Shown: positions 1 to 9,586 of the stretch, piece after piece | Layout of the letters: each line of letters opens with the position of its first letter | Position numbering within the stretch: the first letter of the stretch is position 1 | NCBI GenBank assembly: GCA_963665115.1 | Contig: OY762007.1 | Coordinates: 4,864,001-4,928,000, forward strand | Direction: 5' to 3' | Source: an uncultured Rivularia sp. | Lineage (GTDB): Bacteria > Cyanobacteriota > Cyanobacteriia > Cyanobacteriales > Nostocaceae | DNA length: 64,000 nucleotides | Notes under the pieces: generated by a model | What the model saw: the letters and a program-made list of their open reading frames with translations, nothing else | Told to the model about the DNA's origin: nothing | The model's database searches: none | Translations under genes and position numbers: made by a program

Positions 1-195
1 AAATAGCCATGCTACAAAAAATGTTGCTGCGGTAAATAGTTGAGTTAAATCTAATGCTGACAAATAACCATCTGACAATGATGCAATACTTCTATCTGTA
101 ATACCAAATAGCCAACATGATACGCCAAACAACCAAATCCCATTTTTGAGATTTACAATAAATTCTTTCGCTTCTGGCGATTTTTGCTTATTCAT
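1..195 (-). CDS. Cyanobacterial membrane hypothetical protein, 5' part (runs off window)
   Basis: Manual translation from ATG at 195: MNKQKSPEAKEFIVNLKNGIWLFGVSCWLFGITDRSIASLSDGYLSALDLTQLFTAATFFVAWLF; open to the window edge. Confidence 0.7.
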   Translation of the reverse strand, partial: MNKQKSPEAKEFIVNLKNGIWLFGVSCWLFGITDRSIASLSDGYLSALDLTQLFTAATFFVAWLF

Positions 196-480
196 AATGT
201 CCTATTTTGTTGAGAAAAATAGCAAGCAGTAAGTACGAATGCCCCCATACCTCTCGATTAATAATTCTTAACTTAGTGACTATATGTTAATAAATATTTC
301 CTAAACTTGACAGATGCCGCTTGATACAAATTAAAAATTGCAGTTGATTAATTGTAAGCGAGTCATTCAAATCGTTTTGTGCCAAGTTTGACCAAATGCT
401 TTACAAATATTTAACTTTCTTCAAATAACTGTATTAGATACGGCATAATTACCCGTAGAAAGCTCGAACAAACAAAACAA

Positions 481-503
481 AGCCCGTCTGTCTACACGGG
501 CTG
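481..503. terminator. Hairpin, probable terminator of the 520-1360 genes
   Basis: AGCCCGT-ctgtctac-ACGGGCT inverted repeat, preceded on + by an A-rich tract (U-rich tail on -). Confidence 0.55.
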
Positions 504-519
504 GATTAGGAATTATTTT

Positions 520-912
520 CTAGAGTGTTGTATTTATTTGATTGCTCGCTTTTCGCGATGCAGCAATGATAAGGCAAGCTGGTGGCATCATTAACCAGAA
601 ACCAGAAATTGGAATTGCGATCGCACCAATAATTGAAGTTATCAGCAGATTCCAGCCAATAGCTTCTGGTAATGAAATCTTATGAGAATGCGCCCAAAAA
701 CATAGTTGTGCCAAAATTATAAAAAATGCTGTCAATGTCATAAACCAAAATGCATCTTCTCGTGCAAAATCAGGTGCAAATGGGTTTGGAGCAACACTAT
801 TAAAAAATCCGTTGCGAACAATTTCTCCTAATGGCTCTCCATAAAGCCAGAAGCCAACAATCACATGGATGATACTCGTAACTACTAACCAATATCCGCT
901 AAATTGAAGCAT
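520..912 (-). CDS. DUF6463-like small membrane protein
   Basis: Four hydrophobic segments, IIHVIVG, AFWF and PISGFWL motifs; probable start MLQFSG right after the upstream stop. Confidence 0.65.
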   Translation of the reverse strand: MLQFSGYWLVVTSIIHVIVGFWLYGEPLGEIVRNGFFNSVAPNPFAPDFAREDAFWFMTLTAFFIILAQLCFWAHSHKISLPEAIGWNLLITSIIGAIAIPISGFWLMMPPACLIIAASRKASNQINTTL

Positions 913-913
913 A

Positions 914-1360
914 TTAAACCTCGTTTTCCTCTGAAACCAAACCAAGCTGTTTCATGACTTCGAGCAGGTTGCATTCATACCACCACTCGATAATCTTGCC
1001 TTCAATAATTCTCAATAAGGTAAAGTCATTCGCTTTGACTGCTTTATTTGTTGCTGGAGTACCTAAAAATTCCCCTGTATTCGTCCCCTCAATTGTGGTT
1101 CGATAAACAACTTTGTCATCTTCAGCAATTACATCTTCAATTTGCTGTTTGATATCAGGGAATCCTTCAAACAAACTTAGATTAAATTCTTTATTCGCTT
1201 CTAATCCCACAATCGGCTCGGCAAAACTGTTGAAGTGATACACAACATCGGGACTCATTAATTCATCCCAAACCTCTCTCCAGTTAGCATTTATGCCCCA
1301 TCCTTCTTTCGCAAAGCGCAATGCTGTTACTCTGTTTTGTTCTGCAATGATATTCATCAA
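914..1360 (-). CDS. SnoaL-like ester cyclase family protein
   Basis: FPDIKQQIEDVIAEDDKVVYR, GTNTGEFLGTPATNK and GKIIEWW motifs. Confidence 0.9.
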   Translation of the reverse strand: MMNIIAEQNRVTALRFAKEGWGINANWREVWDELMSPDVVYHFNSFAEPIVGLEANKEFNLSLFEGFPDIKQQIEDVIAEDDKVVYRTTIEGTNTGEFLGTPATNKAVKANDFTLLRIIEGKIIEWWYECNLLEVMKQLGLVSEENEV

Positions 1361-1380
1361 CTTTTTCCTTTTTTTTATTT

Positions 1381-1447
1381 AATACGCTACCGTATGGTTG
1401 TAGATTATTACTTAAATTAGTTGACTGTCAATACGCTGCCGTATGGT
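1381..1447. promoter_or_regulatory. Two palindromic TetR-type operator sites in the divergent promoter
   Basis: ATACG-ctac-CGTAT (1382-1395) and ATACG-ctgc-CGTAT (1431-1444); the second overlaps the TetR ATG. Confidence 0.7.
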
Positions 1448-2007
1448 AAAAAAGAAAGAAACTATCAAACTGGGGCGAAAAGATTGGATTGGACAAGGAT
1501 TAAAAGTTTTAGGAGAAAGTGGTGTGGAAGCGGTACGAGTGGAAACCCCTGGCAAAATTAATGGATGTAACAAAAGGTAGCTTTTATTGGCATTTTAAAA
1601 ATCGAGATGAATTGTTAGAGGCGCTTTTGCAGGAATGGGTAAATAGTCAAACAAAAGGTATTATTCAACAAGTGGAAGGGAAAGATGGTGATGCGATCGC
1701 CAAGTTGATGGATTTGTTTGAACTGGCAATTGAGGATGATGGTAAAGTCGAAAATGCAATCCGGGCTTGGGCTACAAACGATGTCAAAGCTGCCAATATT
1801 TTGGCTGAGGTTGATTCGCATCGTTTGGAGTATACGCGAGATTTATTTTTACAAGTTGGATTTTCTGGAATTGATGCGATGGTGCGTGCCCGAATGGCTT
1901 ATTACACATTGGTAGTTGGTGAATTTACTGTCGGTACCAGAATGAATCAAGCTGAAAGATTGACTGAGGCAAGATTGCAGCACGCTATTCTTACTCGTCG
2001 GGATTGA
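1443..2007 (+). CDS. TetR/AcrR family regulator (+1 frameshift near 1545)
   Basis: ATG 1443 gives MVKKKETIKLGRKDWIGQGLKVLGESGVEAVRVE; an extra A shifts into PLAKLMDVTKGSFYWHFKNRDELL (HTH). Confidence 0.85.
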
Positions 2008-2248
2008 ATTAAATTATTACTTTTATCTCTCTTTATCTCTTTCTTCCGCGCTCTTTGCGCTCTCTGCGGTTTTTGAAATCAACGATCTTCTGACTTAATA
2101 GCAGCTATACCTGAATCCTTTTTGGAGGTAGAATTAATCCGTGGGGTATCCACAATTCTGGGAGACGTAGCAGTGCTACGTCTCTACATCAGTGTTATGT
2201 TTTGATTTAAATTTTATTTATTCTAGTTATCAATAATTATTAATAAAT

Positions 2249-3850
2249 ATGGCAATAGCAATCGATTTTGGCACTAGTAATACCGTTATTGCTCGTTGGA
2301 ACCCGGTAACTCAGCAGCCAGAAAATTTAAATATACCGGAATTATCTATTCAACAAGGTTTAAATCCACCGTTAATTCCTAGTTTGTTATATGTGGAAGA
2401 TGCTTCAAAATCGCGAGTTTTAGTTGGGCAGCAGGTAAGAAATCGCGGTGTTGATATAAAAGGTGATTCGCGATTTTTCCGCAGTTTTAAACGTGGAATT
2501 GGTGCTGATATTCAAGGTTTTTTGCCTGAATTAGATGGACATAATATTACTTTTGAGCAAGTTGGGGAATGGTATTTACAAAAAGTAATTGAACAATTAT
2601 CTTCTATGGAAGGTGGTTTGGATTCCTTAGTATTAACCGTTCCCGTAGATAGTTTTGAGGCTTATCGTCACTGGTTGGGAAAGGTTTGCGAATCGCTACC
2701 CGTGGAACAGGTACGGATGCTCGATGAACCGACAGCAGCGGCTTTGGGATATGGTTTGACAGAAGAAGATTTGTTACTAGTAGTTGACTTTGGCGGCGGA
2801 ACTTTAGATTTATCTTTGGTGCGTTTAGATAAAAGCGTACAGCAAACAAATAAAAAACCTTTGGGATTTTTACTTAAGTTTGGCAATAAGTCATTAGCAG
2901 AAGATTCCAAACAAAAGGTGAAAACAGCTCGCGTACTTGCAAAAGCCGGTCAAAATTTAGGCGGTACGGATATTGATAATTGGTTAACGGATTACTTCGC
3001 AAAAACTCAAGATTTAGCGATAAGTCCTTTGACAACAAGATTAGCCGAAAAAGTTAAAATTCAGCTTTCCACGCAAAATCAAGCCAGCGAAGTTTATTTC
3101 AACGACGAAACATTTGAAAGTTACGAATTGGAATTAAACCGCGATACTTTTGAAGCTATTTTGCAAGAACATTCGTTTTTTGCAATGCTTGACGAGTCAA
3201 TGGCACAATTATTGCAGCAAGCACGACGGCAGGGAATAGAAGTTGCAGATATTAACGCCGTTTTGTTAGTTGGCGGTACCTCGCAAATTCCCGCCGTGCA
3301 GACATGGATAAAAAATTACTTCGATGCCGATAAAATTCGTAGCGAACAAGCTTTTGAAGCCATTGCCCACGGAGCATTACAATTAGCTCAAGGTTTTGAA
3401 ATCAAAGATTTTCTCTATCACAGCTATGGAATCCGTTACTGGAATCGTCAGCAAAACCGCCATAGTTGGCATCCGATTGTAAAAGAAGGGCAGCCTTACC
3501 CGATGAATAAACCAGTAGAACTATATTTGGGTGCTTCCTTAGAAAATCAACCCAGCATAGAATTAATTATCGGAGAATTGGGAGCAGAATCCGGCGGCAC
3601 CGAAGTTTATTTTGATGGCGATCGCCTAATTACCCGACGTGCAGAAAGCAGCGAAACCACGGTAAAACCACTCAACGACAGCGATGGTGCAAAAAATATT
3701 GCTAATCTTACACCACCAGGATTTCCAGGAAGCGATAGAGTTAAGGTATTTTTAGAAGTTGATAGTGAAAGATTTTTAAGAATTACCGTTGAAGATTTAT
3801 TAGCTGGTGAAACTTTGTTAGAAAACCAAATTGTAGCTCAGTTGAGTTGA
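2249..3850 (+). CDS. Hsp70/DnaK-like family protein
   Basis: IAIDFGTSNT, DEPTAAALGYG, VVDFGGGTLDLS and LLVGGTSQIP motifs. Confidence 0.92.
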   Translation: MAIAIDFGTSNTVIARWNPVTQQPENLNIPELSIQQGLNPPLIPSLLYVEDASKSRVLVGQQVRNRGVDIKGDSRFFRSFKRGIGADIQGFLPELDGHNITFEQVGEWYLQKVIEQLSSMEGGLDSLVLTVPVDSFEAYRHWLGKVCESLPVEQVRMLDEPTAAALGYGLTEEDLLLVVDFGGGTLDLSLVRLDKSVQQTNKKPLGFLLKFGNKSLAEDSKQKVKTARVLAKAGQNLGGTDIDNWLTDYFAKTQDLAISPLTTRLAEKVKIQLSTQNQASEVYFNDETFESYELELNRDTFEAILQEHSFFAMLDESMAQLLQQARRQGIEVADINAVLLVGGTSQIPAVQTWIKNYFDADKIRSEQAFEAIAHGALQLAQGFEIKDFLYHSYGIRYWNRQQNRHSWHPIVKEGQPYPMNKPVELYLGASLENQPSIELIIGELGAESGGTEVYFDGDRLITRRAESSETTVKPLNDSDGAKNIANLTPPGFPGSDRVKVFLEVDSERFLRITVEDLLAGETLLENQIVAQLS

Positions 3851-3983
3851 ATTTGGGGATTGGTCCGTAGTTGCGCTTTAGCGCCAAAAATCTTGAGTAA
3901 CAATTGGTAATTGGTAATAATATTCTTGTGGGATGGGCATCCTTGCCTGTCCGATTTAGGTGTTGAAATTTGCAATAACAGTC

Positions 3984-4568
3984 ATGCAAACTACAGAAAC
4001 TACTATCGAACTTCGTCTGTGGACAGTCGAGGAATACCATCGGATGGCAGAAGCTGGTATTTTTGATGAAGACGAACGAGTTGAGCTTTTAGAAGGAAAA
4101 ATTATTTGTAAAGATAAAATAGGAACTGTACATCGTTCCGCTACAGGAAGAATCAATTATTTATTACAAAATTGGCTAGAAAATCAAGCTTGGATATTAG
4201 TAAAAAATTCAATACAGTTAGATAATTATTCAGAACCAGAACCAGATATTGCAGTTGTAAAAATCGACTCATTAGACTACGCAGGCCACCATCCTACAGC
4301 AGATGAAGTTTATTTAGTTATCGAAGTTGCCGATACTACCTTTAAAAAAGATTGCGAAACAAAAGGGAAAGCTTACGCAGCAGCAGGTATTATAGATTAT
4401 TGGGTTTTAGATGTAATTAATCGTCAACTTCATGTATTTAGAGAAGCTTCGGATAATGGTTATAAAAGTGAAGTGATATTAAAGGAAAATGAGAGTATTT
4501 CGCCTTTAAATTTTCCAGATTTTAATATTGATATTTTTAAAATGCTACCGCCAGTGGTTGGTAAATGA
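3984..4568 (+). CDS. Uma2 family (DUF820) endonuclease
   Basis: WTVEEYHRM, ERVELLEGKI, SEPEPDIAVV, VIEVADTT and GIIDYWVLD motifs. Confidence 0.9.
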   Translation: MQTTETTIELRLWTVEEYHRMAEAGIFDEDERVELLEGKIICKDKIGTVHRSATGRINYLLQNWLENQAWILVKNSIQLDNYSEPEPDIAVVKIDSLDYAGHHPTADEVYLVIEVADTTFKKDCETKGKAYAAAGIIDYWVLDVINRQLHVFREASDNGYKSEVILKENESISPLNFPDFNIDIFKMLPPVVGK

Positions 4569-4575
4569 TACTCAA

Positions 4576-4627
4576 TTAAATGCATATTCTAGTTCTTTCA
4601 ATCCCCACCATGCTATAAAAATTTCAT
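4576..4627 (-). pseudogene. Remnant of a DUF5615/PIN-like toxin (only the two termini remain)
   Basis: ATG overlaps the DUF433 stop (ATGA) and reads MKFL*; another frame reads SMVGIERTRICI*, resembling the xIVVIExxRIRI C-terminus. Confidence 0.45.
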
Positions 4628-4851
4628 GCTTCAATTAAAGGTAATTCACGTTCGGTAACTGCGGAGGCTGCATAACTGAGAGCTTCTTTAATATCTTCTG
4701 CTTGCAAATCTGGTAAAGCTTTCATTATTTCTTCGTCTCGCATTCCTTCAGCAAACATTCCCACAACAGTGGCAACCGGAATTCGTAATCCTTTAATACA
4801 AGGAACTCCACTCATCTGATTTGGATTTACTGTAATGCGCGTAAATTTCAT
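4624..4851 (-). CDS. DUF433 family antitoxin
   Basis: RITVNPNQMSGVPCIKGLRIPVATVV...PDLQAEDIKEALSYAA. Confidence 0.9.
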   Translation of the reverse strand: MKFTRITVNPNQMSGVPCIKGLRIPVATVVGMFAEGMRDEEIMKALPDLQAEDIKEALSYAASAVTERELPLIEA

Positions 4852-4898
4852 AATGTTTTTGAGCTTTTTTAGCCGATCGGTATTTGCTCCACGATAAA

Positions 4899-5915
4899 TC
4901 AAATAGAATAATAAAGCGGAAAAGATTTAGCGTCTTTCGGCTTAACATAAACCCGTTGCTGGGGTTCTAAATTCAACTCATCAAATCTATCTCTGGTCAA
5001 ATGAGCGCTTACAACTTGTCCGTCATCTAATGTCAACTCTACTTGAATTTCCCAACCTAAATGTATTAATCTACTGATTCTAGCGGGAACTGTAGTTCCG
5101 TTAGGGGAAGTTTCTACTATTACATCTTGGGGACGCAAAAACATTTCCGACTGAGGAGAATCAAATCCGTTACTTTGGAATATGCCAGAAGTACTTGGTA
5201 AGACGTTCACCGGACCAATAAAACTCATTACAAATGCTGTAGCGGGATGGTCGTAAATCTCTGCTGGTGTACCAATCTGCTCGACTTGACCTTTGTTCAT
5301 TACCACAATTTCGTCGGAGACTTCCATCGCTTCTTCTTGGTCGTGGGTGACGAATACCGTGGTAACGTGGACTTCATCGTGTAATCTCCGCAACCAAGCA
5401 CGTAAATCTTTACGAACTCTTGCATCGAGCGCTCCGAAGGGTTCGTCTAATAGCAATACTTTGGGTTCTACCGCTAAAGCTCTTGCTAATGCAATTCTTT
5501 GTCTTTGTCCCCCCGAAAGCTGGGATGGATATCTGTCACCGAGTCCGCTTAATTGAACTAAATCTAATAATTCATCAACTCTAGCTTTGATTTTCGCTTT
5601 TGGTGCTTTGCGAATTTCTAAGCCAAAAGCAATATTTTTCCTTACCGTCATATGCTTGAACAAAGCGTAATGTTGAAACACAAAACCTATGTTTCGCTCT
5701 TGCACGCTTTGATATGTGGCATCCTTGCCAGTTAACAAGATTTTGCCGCTATCTGGCATTTCCAAACCGGCAATTAGTCGTAACAGAGTAGACTTTCCCG
5801 AACCAGAAGGTCCCAACAAAGCCACCAGCGAGCCGCTTTTGATTTCCAAGCTGACATTATCAACGGCTTTAAAACTGCCAAACTGCTTGCACGCGCTTTC
5901 AACTACTATGCCCAC
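4899..5915 (-). CDS. cysA: Sulfate ABC transporter ATP-binding protein
   Basis: [37 protein letters not shown] motifs and a C-terminal TOBE-like domain. Confidence 0.92.
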   Translation of the reverse strand: MGIVVESACKQFGSFKAVDNVSLEIKSGSLVALLGPSGSGKSTLLRLIAGLEMPDSGKILLTGKDATYQSVQERNIGFVFQHYALFKHMTVRKNIAFGLEIRKAPKAKIKARVDELLDLVQLSGLGDRYPSQLSGGQRQRIALARALAVEPKVLLLDEPFGALDARVRKDLRAWLRRLHDEVHVTTVFVTHDQEEAMEVSDEIVVMNKGQVEQIGTPAEIYDHPATAFVMSFIGPVNVLPSTSGIFQSNGFDSPQSEMFLRPQDVIVETSPNGTTVPARISRLIHLGWEIQVELTLDDGQVVSAHLTRDRFDELNLEPQQRVYVKPKDAKSFPLYYSI

Positions 5916-6166
5916 TGTTCAAAAATCCTCTGCAACTAATCTACGGTTTGTTGGTAGAGATACCGTATTTTATATATACCACAGTATGGATTTTGGATTT
6001 TAACAACGGATGCTTTTGTTTTGGATTGTAGGATGTGTAACGGTATGAACAATGCTAGGAAAATAAAGACAATACTGTTTTAGCCGTAACGCACCACCAT
6101 CGATTAAATAGCTGACTATTAATTAAAATAAAATTATTACAGTAATTATAAAAGCCATTAATTATT

Positions 6167-6916
6167 ATGACGGCTGCAAAAAATTCGGAAGCGCTTACTA
6201 AATTGACTGTACTAAGAGAACCAGAAAATATTATCATTCCACCATGTAACTTAGAAAGTGATGAACCGCCTTTGGAAAGTGATTTACACCGGGATCAAAT
6301 TGAGTTATTGTTAGCTTCTCTCAAGTGGTTGTGGCAGGAACGCAATGATTATTACGCTACTGGTAATTTGACGATTTATTACAGCGAAGAGCATATTACC
6401 ACGCGGGATTTTAGAGGACCAGATTTTTTTGTGGTGTTAGGTACCCAAAATCGTCCCCGTCGCAGTTGGATGTTATGGGCTGAAGAAGGTAAATATCCAA
6501 ATGTAATTGTGGAATTGCTTTCCAACAGTACTCAAAAAGTTGATAAAACGACAAAAAAAGAACTTTACCAAGATACCTTTCGCACTCCAGAATATTTTTG
6601 GTTTCATCCAGAAACTTTAGAATTTCAAGGTTTTCGTTTGATGTCTAGTAAATATCAACCGATAAAAGCAACTCAGGAAGGATGGTTGTGGAGCGAGCAA
6701 TTAGAGTTGTTTTTGGGAGTTAGCGATTCAAAGCTAAGGTATTTTACTCAAGATAAACAGTTGGTTGTAACACCTGAAGAAAGAGCGATGGTAGCGCAAC
6801 AGCAAGTTGAAGCAGCACAACAACAAGTTAAGGAAGAACGAAAACAAAAGGAAATTGCACAGCAACGAGTAGAAGCATTACTGGCTAAGTTGAAAGATTT
6901 AGGAATCGAACAGTGA
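6167..6916 (+). CDS. Uma2 family endonuclease with coiled-coil tail
   Basis: SDEPPLESDLH, FRGPDFFVV, YPNVIVELLS and TPEYFWF motifs. Confidence 0.9.
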   Translation: MTAAKNSEALTKLTVLREPENIIIPPCNLESDEPPLESDLHRDQIELLLASLKWLWQERNDYYATGNLTIYYSEEHITTRDFRGPDFFVVLGTQNRPRRSWMLWAEEGKYPNVIVELLSNSTQKVDKTTKKELYQDTFRTPEYFWFHPETLEFQGFRLMSSKYQPIKATQEGWLWSEQLELFLGVSDSKLRYFTQDKQLVVTPEERAMVAQQQVEAAQQQVKEERKQKEIAQQRVEALLAKLKDLGIEQ

Positions 6917-6958
6917 ACAATTATCAATTATCAATCTTTAACTGTAGATTAACATTTA

Positions 6959-7114
6959 CTGACTTCTTACACCATTATTAACTAGCCCTCAAAACCTATA
7001 AACTTCATACGTTGAAACGTACTAAAAAGTTTACTCAGTCTGATTTATCAGACTTTGCCTATTAGCCTGGGAATTCATTCCAAGGCGGTTATTGTAACTG
7101 GTACGAGATGTCAG
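6959..7114. mobile_element. MITE with imperfect TIRs and 5-bp target duplication
   Basis: CTGACTTCTTACACC ... GGTACGAGATGTCAG; flanked by ATTTA on both sides (6954-6958, 7115-7119). Confidence 0.6.
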
Positions 7115-7126
7115 ATTTATCAACTA

Positions 7127-7393
7127 TCAAGCAAAGAACCATAATATTATATTCAAACTTATTAAAACGGCTAAAAGTACGCCATTTACTATAAAATCGT
7201 GTTTGTGCTGTTTAAATTTTCTTTCAAATAAAGCTCCTCCGGTGGTAAATAAAAAACCTTTTATGGGTTTGGGGATTTTGTCATAATAAGGTTTGTAGCG
7301 CAGCAAATTTATAATTAGTTGAACTGTTCCGAAAAAGGTGATTCCGAAAAGCCCTAAACGGAAGATGCTGTATAGATTAAAGTAGTTCTCCAT
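7127..7393 (-). CDS. Small two-TM hypothetical protein
   Basis: 88 aa, two hydrophobic helices; start overlaps the upstream stop (TAATG coupling). Confidence 0.6.
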   Translation of the reverse strand: MENYFNLYSIFRLGLFGITFFGTVQLIINLLRYKPYYDKIPKPIKGFLFTTGGALFERKFKQHKHDFIVNGVLLAVLISLNIILWFFA

Positions 7394-8415
7394 TAGATGT
7401 GTTTGAGGATTATTTTTACGGCGATCGCCAATATTGCTGCGATGATACTACCAGTTAATGTGATTCTGACAATGCGGTTATATTTCCGCACTTCTATATC
7501 GGCTAATTCTTCTGCAACTTCAATTCCTTTACTTGCTGATTGCTTAGCATATTTACTCACCTCGAAAGCTAAGGTAGAGGCAACGGAAACAATCACCGCG
7601 ACATCATCTGTAAGTCCTAATACGGGAATTACATCGGGAATCGCATCGAAAGGAGAAATCAGATAAAGCAAAGAACCGATTGCTAATGCTTTTGATGTCC
7701 AAGCAGCTTTAGGATCTAAAACCATTTGGAATAATGATTGAATTTTTGGCCAAATTTCTTTAATAGGACCTCGATTCATTGACGGTAATTTTTCGGTAAT
7801 TTTCTGAATATCTTTTTGAATATTCTGCGGATTAACAGATTTAACCAGTTTATTAAATATATTCTTGATTTTATCGGAATTACTCGCGGTTTTTAACCTT
7901 TCATCAACTTCTTCAATCGCTTCTTCTGTTTTTACTACTTCTTTTTCTTTTTGAGTTAACTGACTAAATAACTTTTTTATTTTATTGGAACTGGTTTTTG
8001 AACTTGTTTTTACTGGTGGTTCGCTTATAATCACCGGGTTAACTTCTTCAATCGTATTTTCAATAGTAGATTCAGCCGTAACATCCGCATTTTTCTTAAA
8101 TACATTTTGTATAATCGATTGCAATCTATTTTCTTTCTTAACTTCTTTGTTATTTTCGGTTTCTACTTGTGGATTAATTGGTTCGACATCTGATGCAATT
8201 TCTGTTTTAATTTCAGCTTCTTCTTTGGCTGTTTGATCCGAATGCGAGTCTTTGCGGAACTTACTCCATACTTGTTTAATAAATCCCTTTTCTGTTTCCG
8301 AAGATATTTCATCTGGAGGTGATGGTTGGATATCTATCGTTATTGGGTTCTCTATTTCATCCGATTCTTGTTTCGTTTTTCCAAAAAGCCTATCCTTGAT
8401 TCCCATACCCATCAC
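7393..8415 (-). CDS. YkvA/DUF1232 domain protein with long charged N-terminus
   Basis: LLYLISPFDAIPDVIPVLGLTDD motif. Confidence 0.85.
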   Translation of the reverse strand: MMGMGIKDRLFGKTKQESDEIENPITIDIQPSPPDEISSETEKGFIKQVWSKFRKDSHSDQTAKEEAEIKTEIASDVEPINPQVETENNKEVKKENRLQSIIQNVFKKNADVTAESTIENTIEEVNPVIISEPPVKTSSKTSSNKIKKLFSQLTQKEKEVVKTEEAIEEVDERLKTASNSDKIKNIFNKLVKSVNPQNIQKDIQKITEKLPSMNRGPIKEIWPKIQSLFQMVLDPKAAWTSKALAIGSLLYLISPFDAIPDVIPVLGLTDDVAVIVSVASTLAFEVSKYAKQSASKGIEVAEELADIEVRKYNRIVRITLTGSIIAAILAIAVKIILKHI

Positions 8416-8537
8416 CTCATATTCACAGTCACTTACTAAATATAAGCAAATATTCTGCGACCATGCATCAAACTAAGTGAATGTAAATGAACTATTGCTA
8501 GATTTATCAAAAATCTATCTTTAGTAGGAAGATATTT

Positions 8538-9326
8538 TTACTTCGACTCGCAGGCAATCCCATCATTGTCCCTATCCTTCTTACTAGCCCAGGGGTTGAT
8601 AGCAACGTCAATATTTTTGATACCTCGTGCCCTTAATTCTTTACAGGTACCAGATTGTTGAGGAATAACTTCACCAGAGCTTGTAGTAACTCGCTGCTTT
8701 TTATCAACGGGGGTAGATTTGGCATCTGTAGGGTTTTTCGCCACCGTACAGAATTGACTTCTATACTCTTCTACTAAACCTTCCGCTCTTTCGGGATAAT
8801 CAGCAATACTTTTTTTCACCGCTTGTCTAATTTGCTTTCTGCTCAAACCCTGCAAACTTTGAGGATTGTAGTTTGCGATCGCGATTGTCGCGACTTGAAT
8901 TTTATATTTTTGATTTACCTTACCGCACCCAATTTTATCGCTAATATCTGCAACTAGCTTATCTACAGAAACTGGCTTTTCAGCAGTAATCTTTGACTTA
9001 ACAACAGTTTTATTAATTACGGGTTTAACAGTCTCTTTGATTGAAGGTGTTGCTTTTAAAGTTGGGATTGATGTTTGTGCTGTAGATTTACCAGCAGGTT
9101 TTTCTGGTTGTATTAATTTAATAACGGGTTTAATTGGCTTGATTTCGGGTACTGCTTTTAAAGTTGGTATTGATGATGGTGCCTCTTCAGGTAGGATGCG
9201 AGATACAGGAGTACTTTCGGCTATAGGCTCTTGTAATTGAGATGATTCAACTGGTTTATTTGTAGAAGTCGAATCGCAAGCAGCAACAGTTAAAGCAATT
9301 ATTGTAAGTATAAAAGTTTTATTCAT
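8538..9326 (-). CDS. Lipoprotein with C-terminal excalibur-like Ca-binding motif
   Basis: Lipobox VAAC, Pro/Lys-rich linker, CKELRARG...DRDNDGIACE terminus. Confidence 0.75.
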   Translation of the reverse strand: MNKTFILTIIALTVAACDSTSTNKPVESSQLQEPIAESTPVSRILPEEAPSSIPTLKAVPEIKPIKPVIKLIQPEKPAGKSTAQTSIPTLKATPSIKETVKPVINKTVVKSKITAEKPVSVDKLVADISDKIGCGKVNQKYKIQVATIAIANYNPQSLQGLSRKQIRQAVKKSIADYPERAEGLVEEYRSQFCTVAKNPTDAKSTPVDKKQRVTTSSGEVIPQQSGTCKELRARGIKNIDVAINPWASKKDRDNDGIACESK

Positions 9327-9586
9327 GGTGGTTTATTGGTAAATTTACCCAGAGTACATTTACCATAATTATTTTGCGTGTAAAGTGATTTAAATCACTC
9401 TTTATTGCAATTGTTCTAACTGTAGAAGCTCTATATAAGTGATTTAGAAGCGGTAGTTACTCCTTTCCCGTCTCTATTTAAATACCATTCTTGATTCATA
9501 AATTAATGTTGGGTTACGACGAAAAATCAATTGATTGGCGGATAGTTAAATCTTGTCGTGCGTCTAACCCAACCTACAATTACTAA

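Noticed and set aside
2604..2910. Short antisense ORFs inside long genes (also 5293, 7397, 24143, 44235, 55300, 56253, 63159 and others)
   Set aside because: Shadow frames of well-supported genes with no motifs of their own
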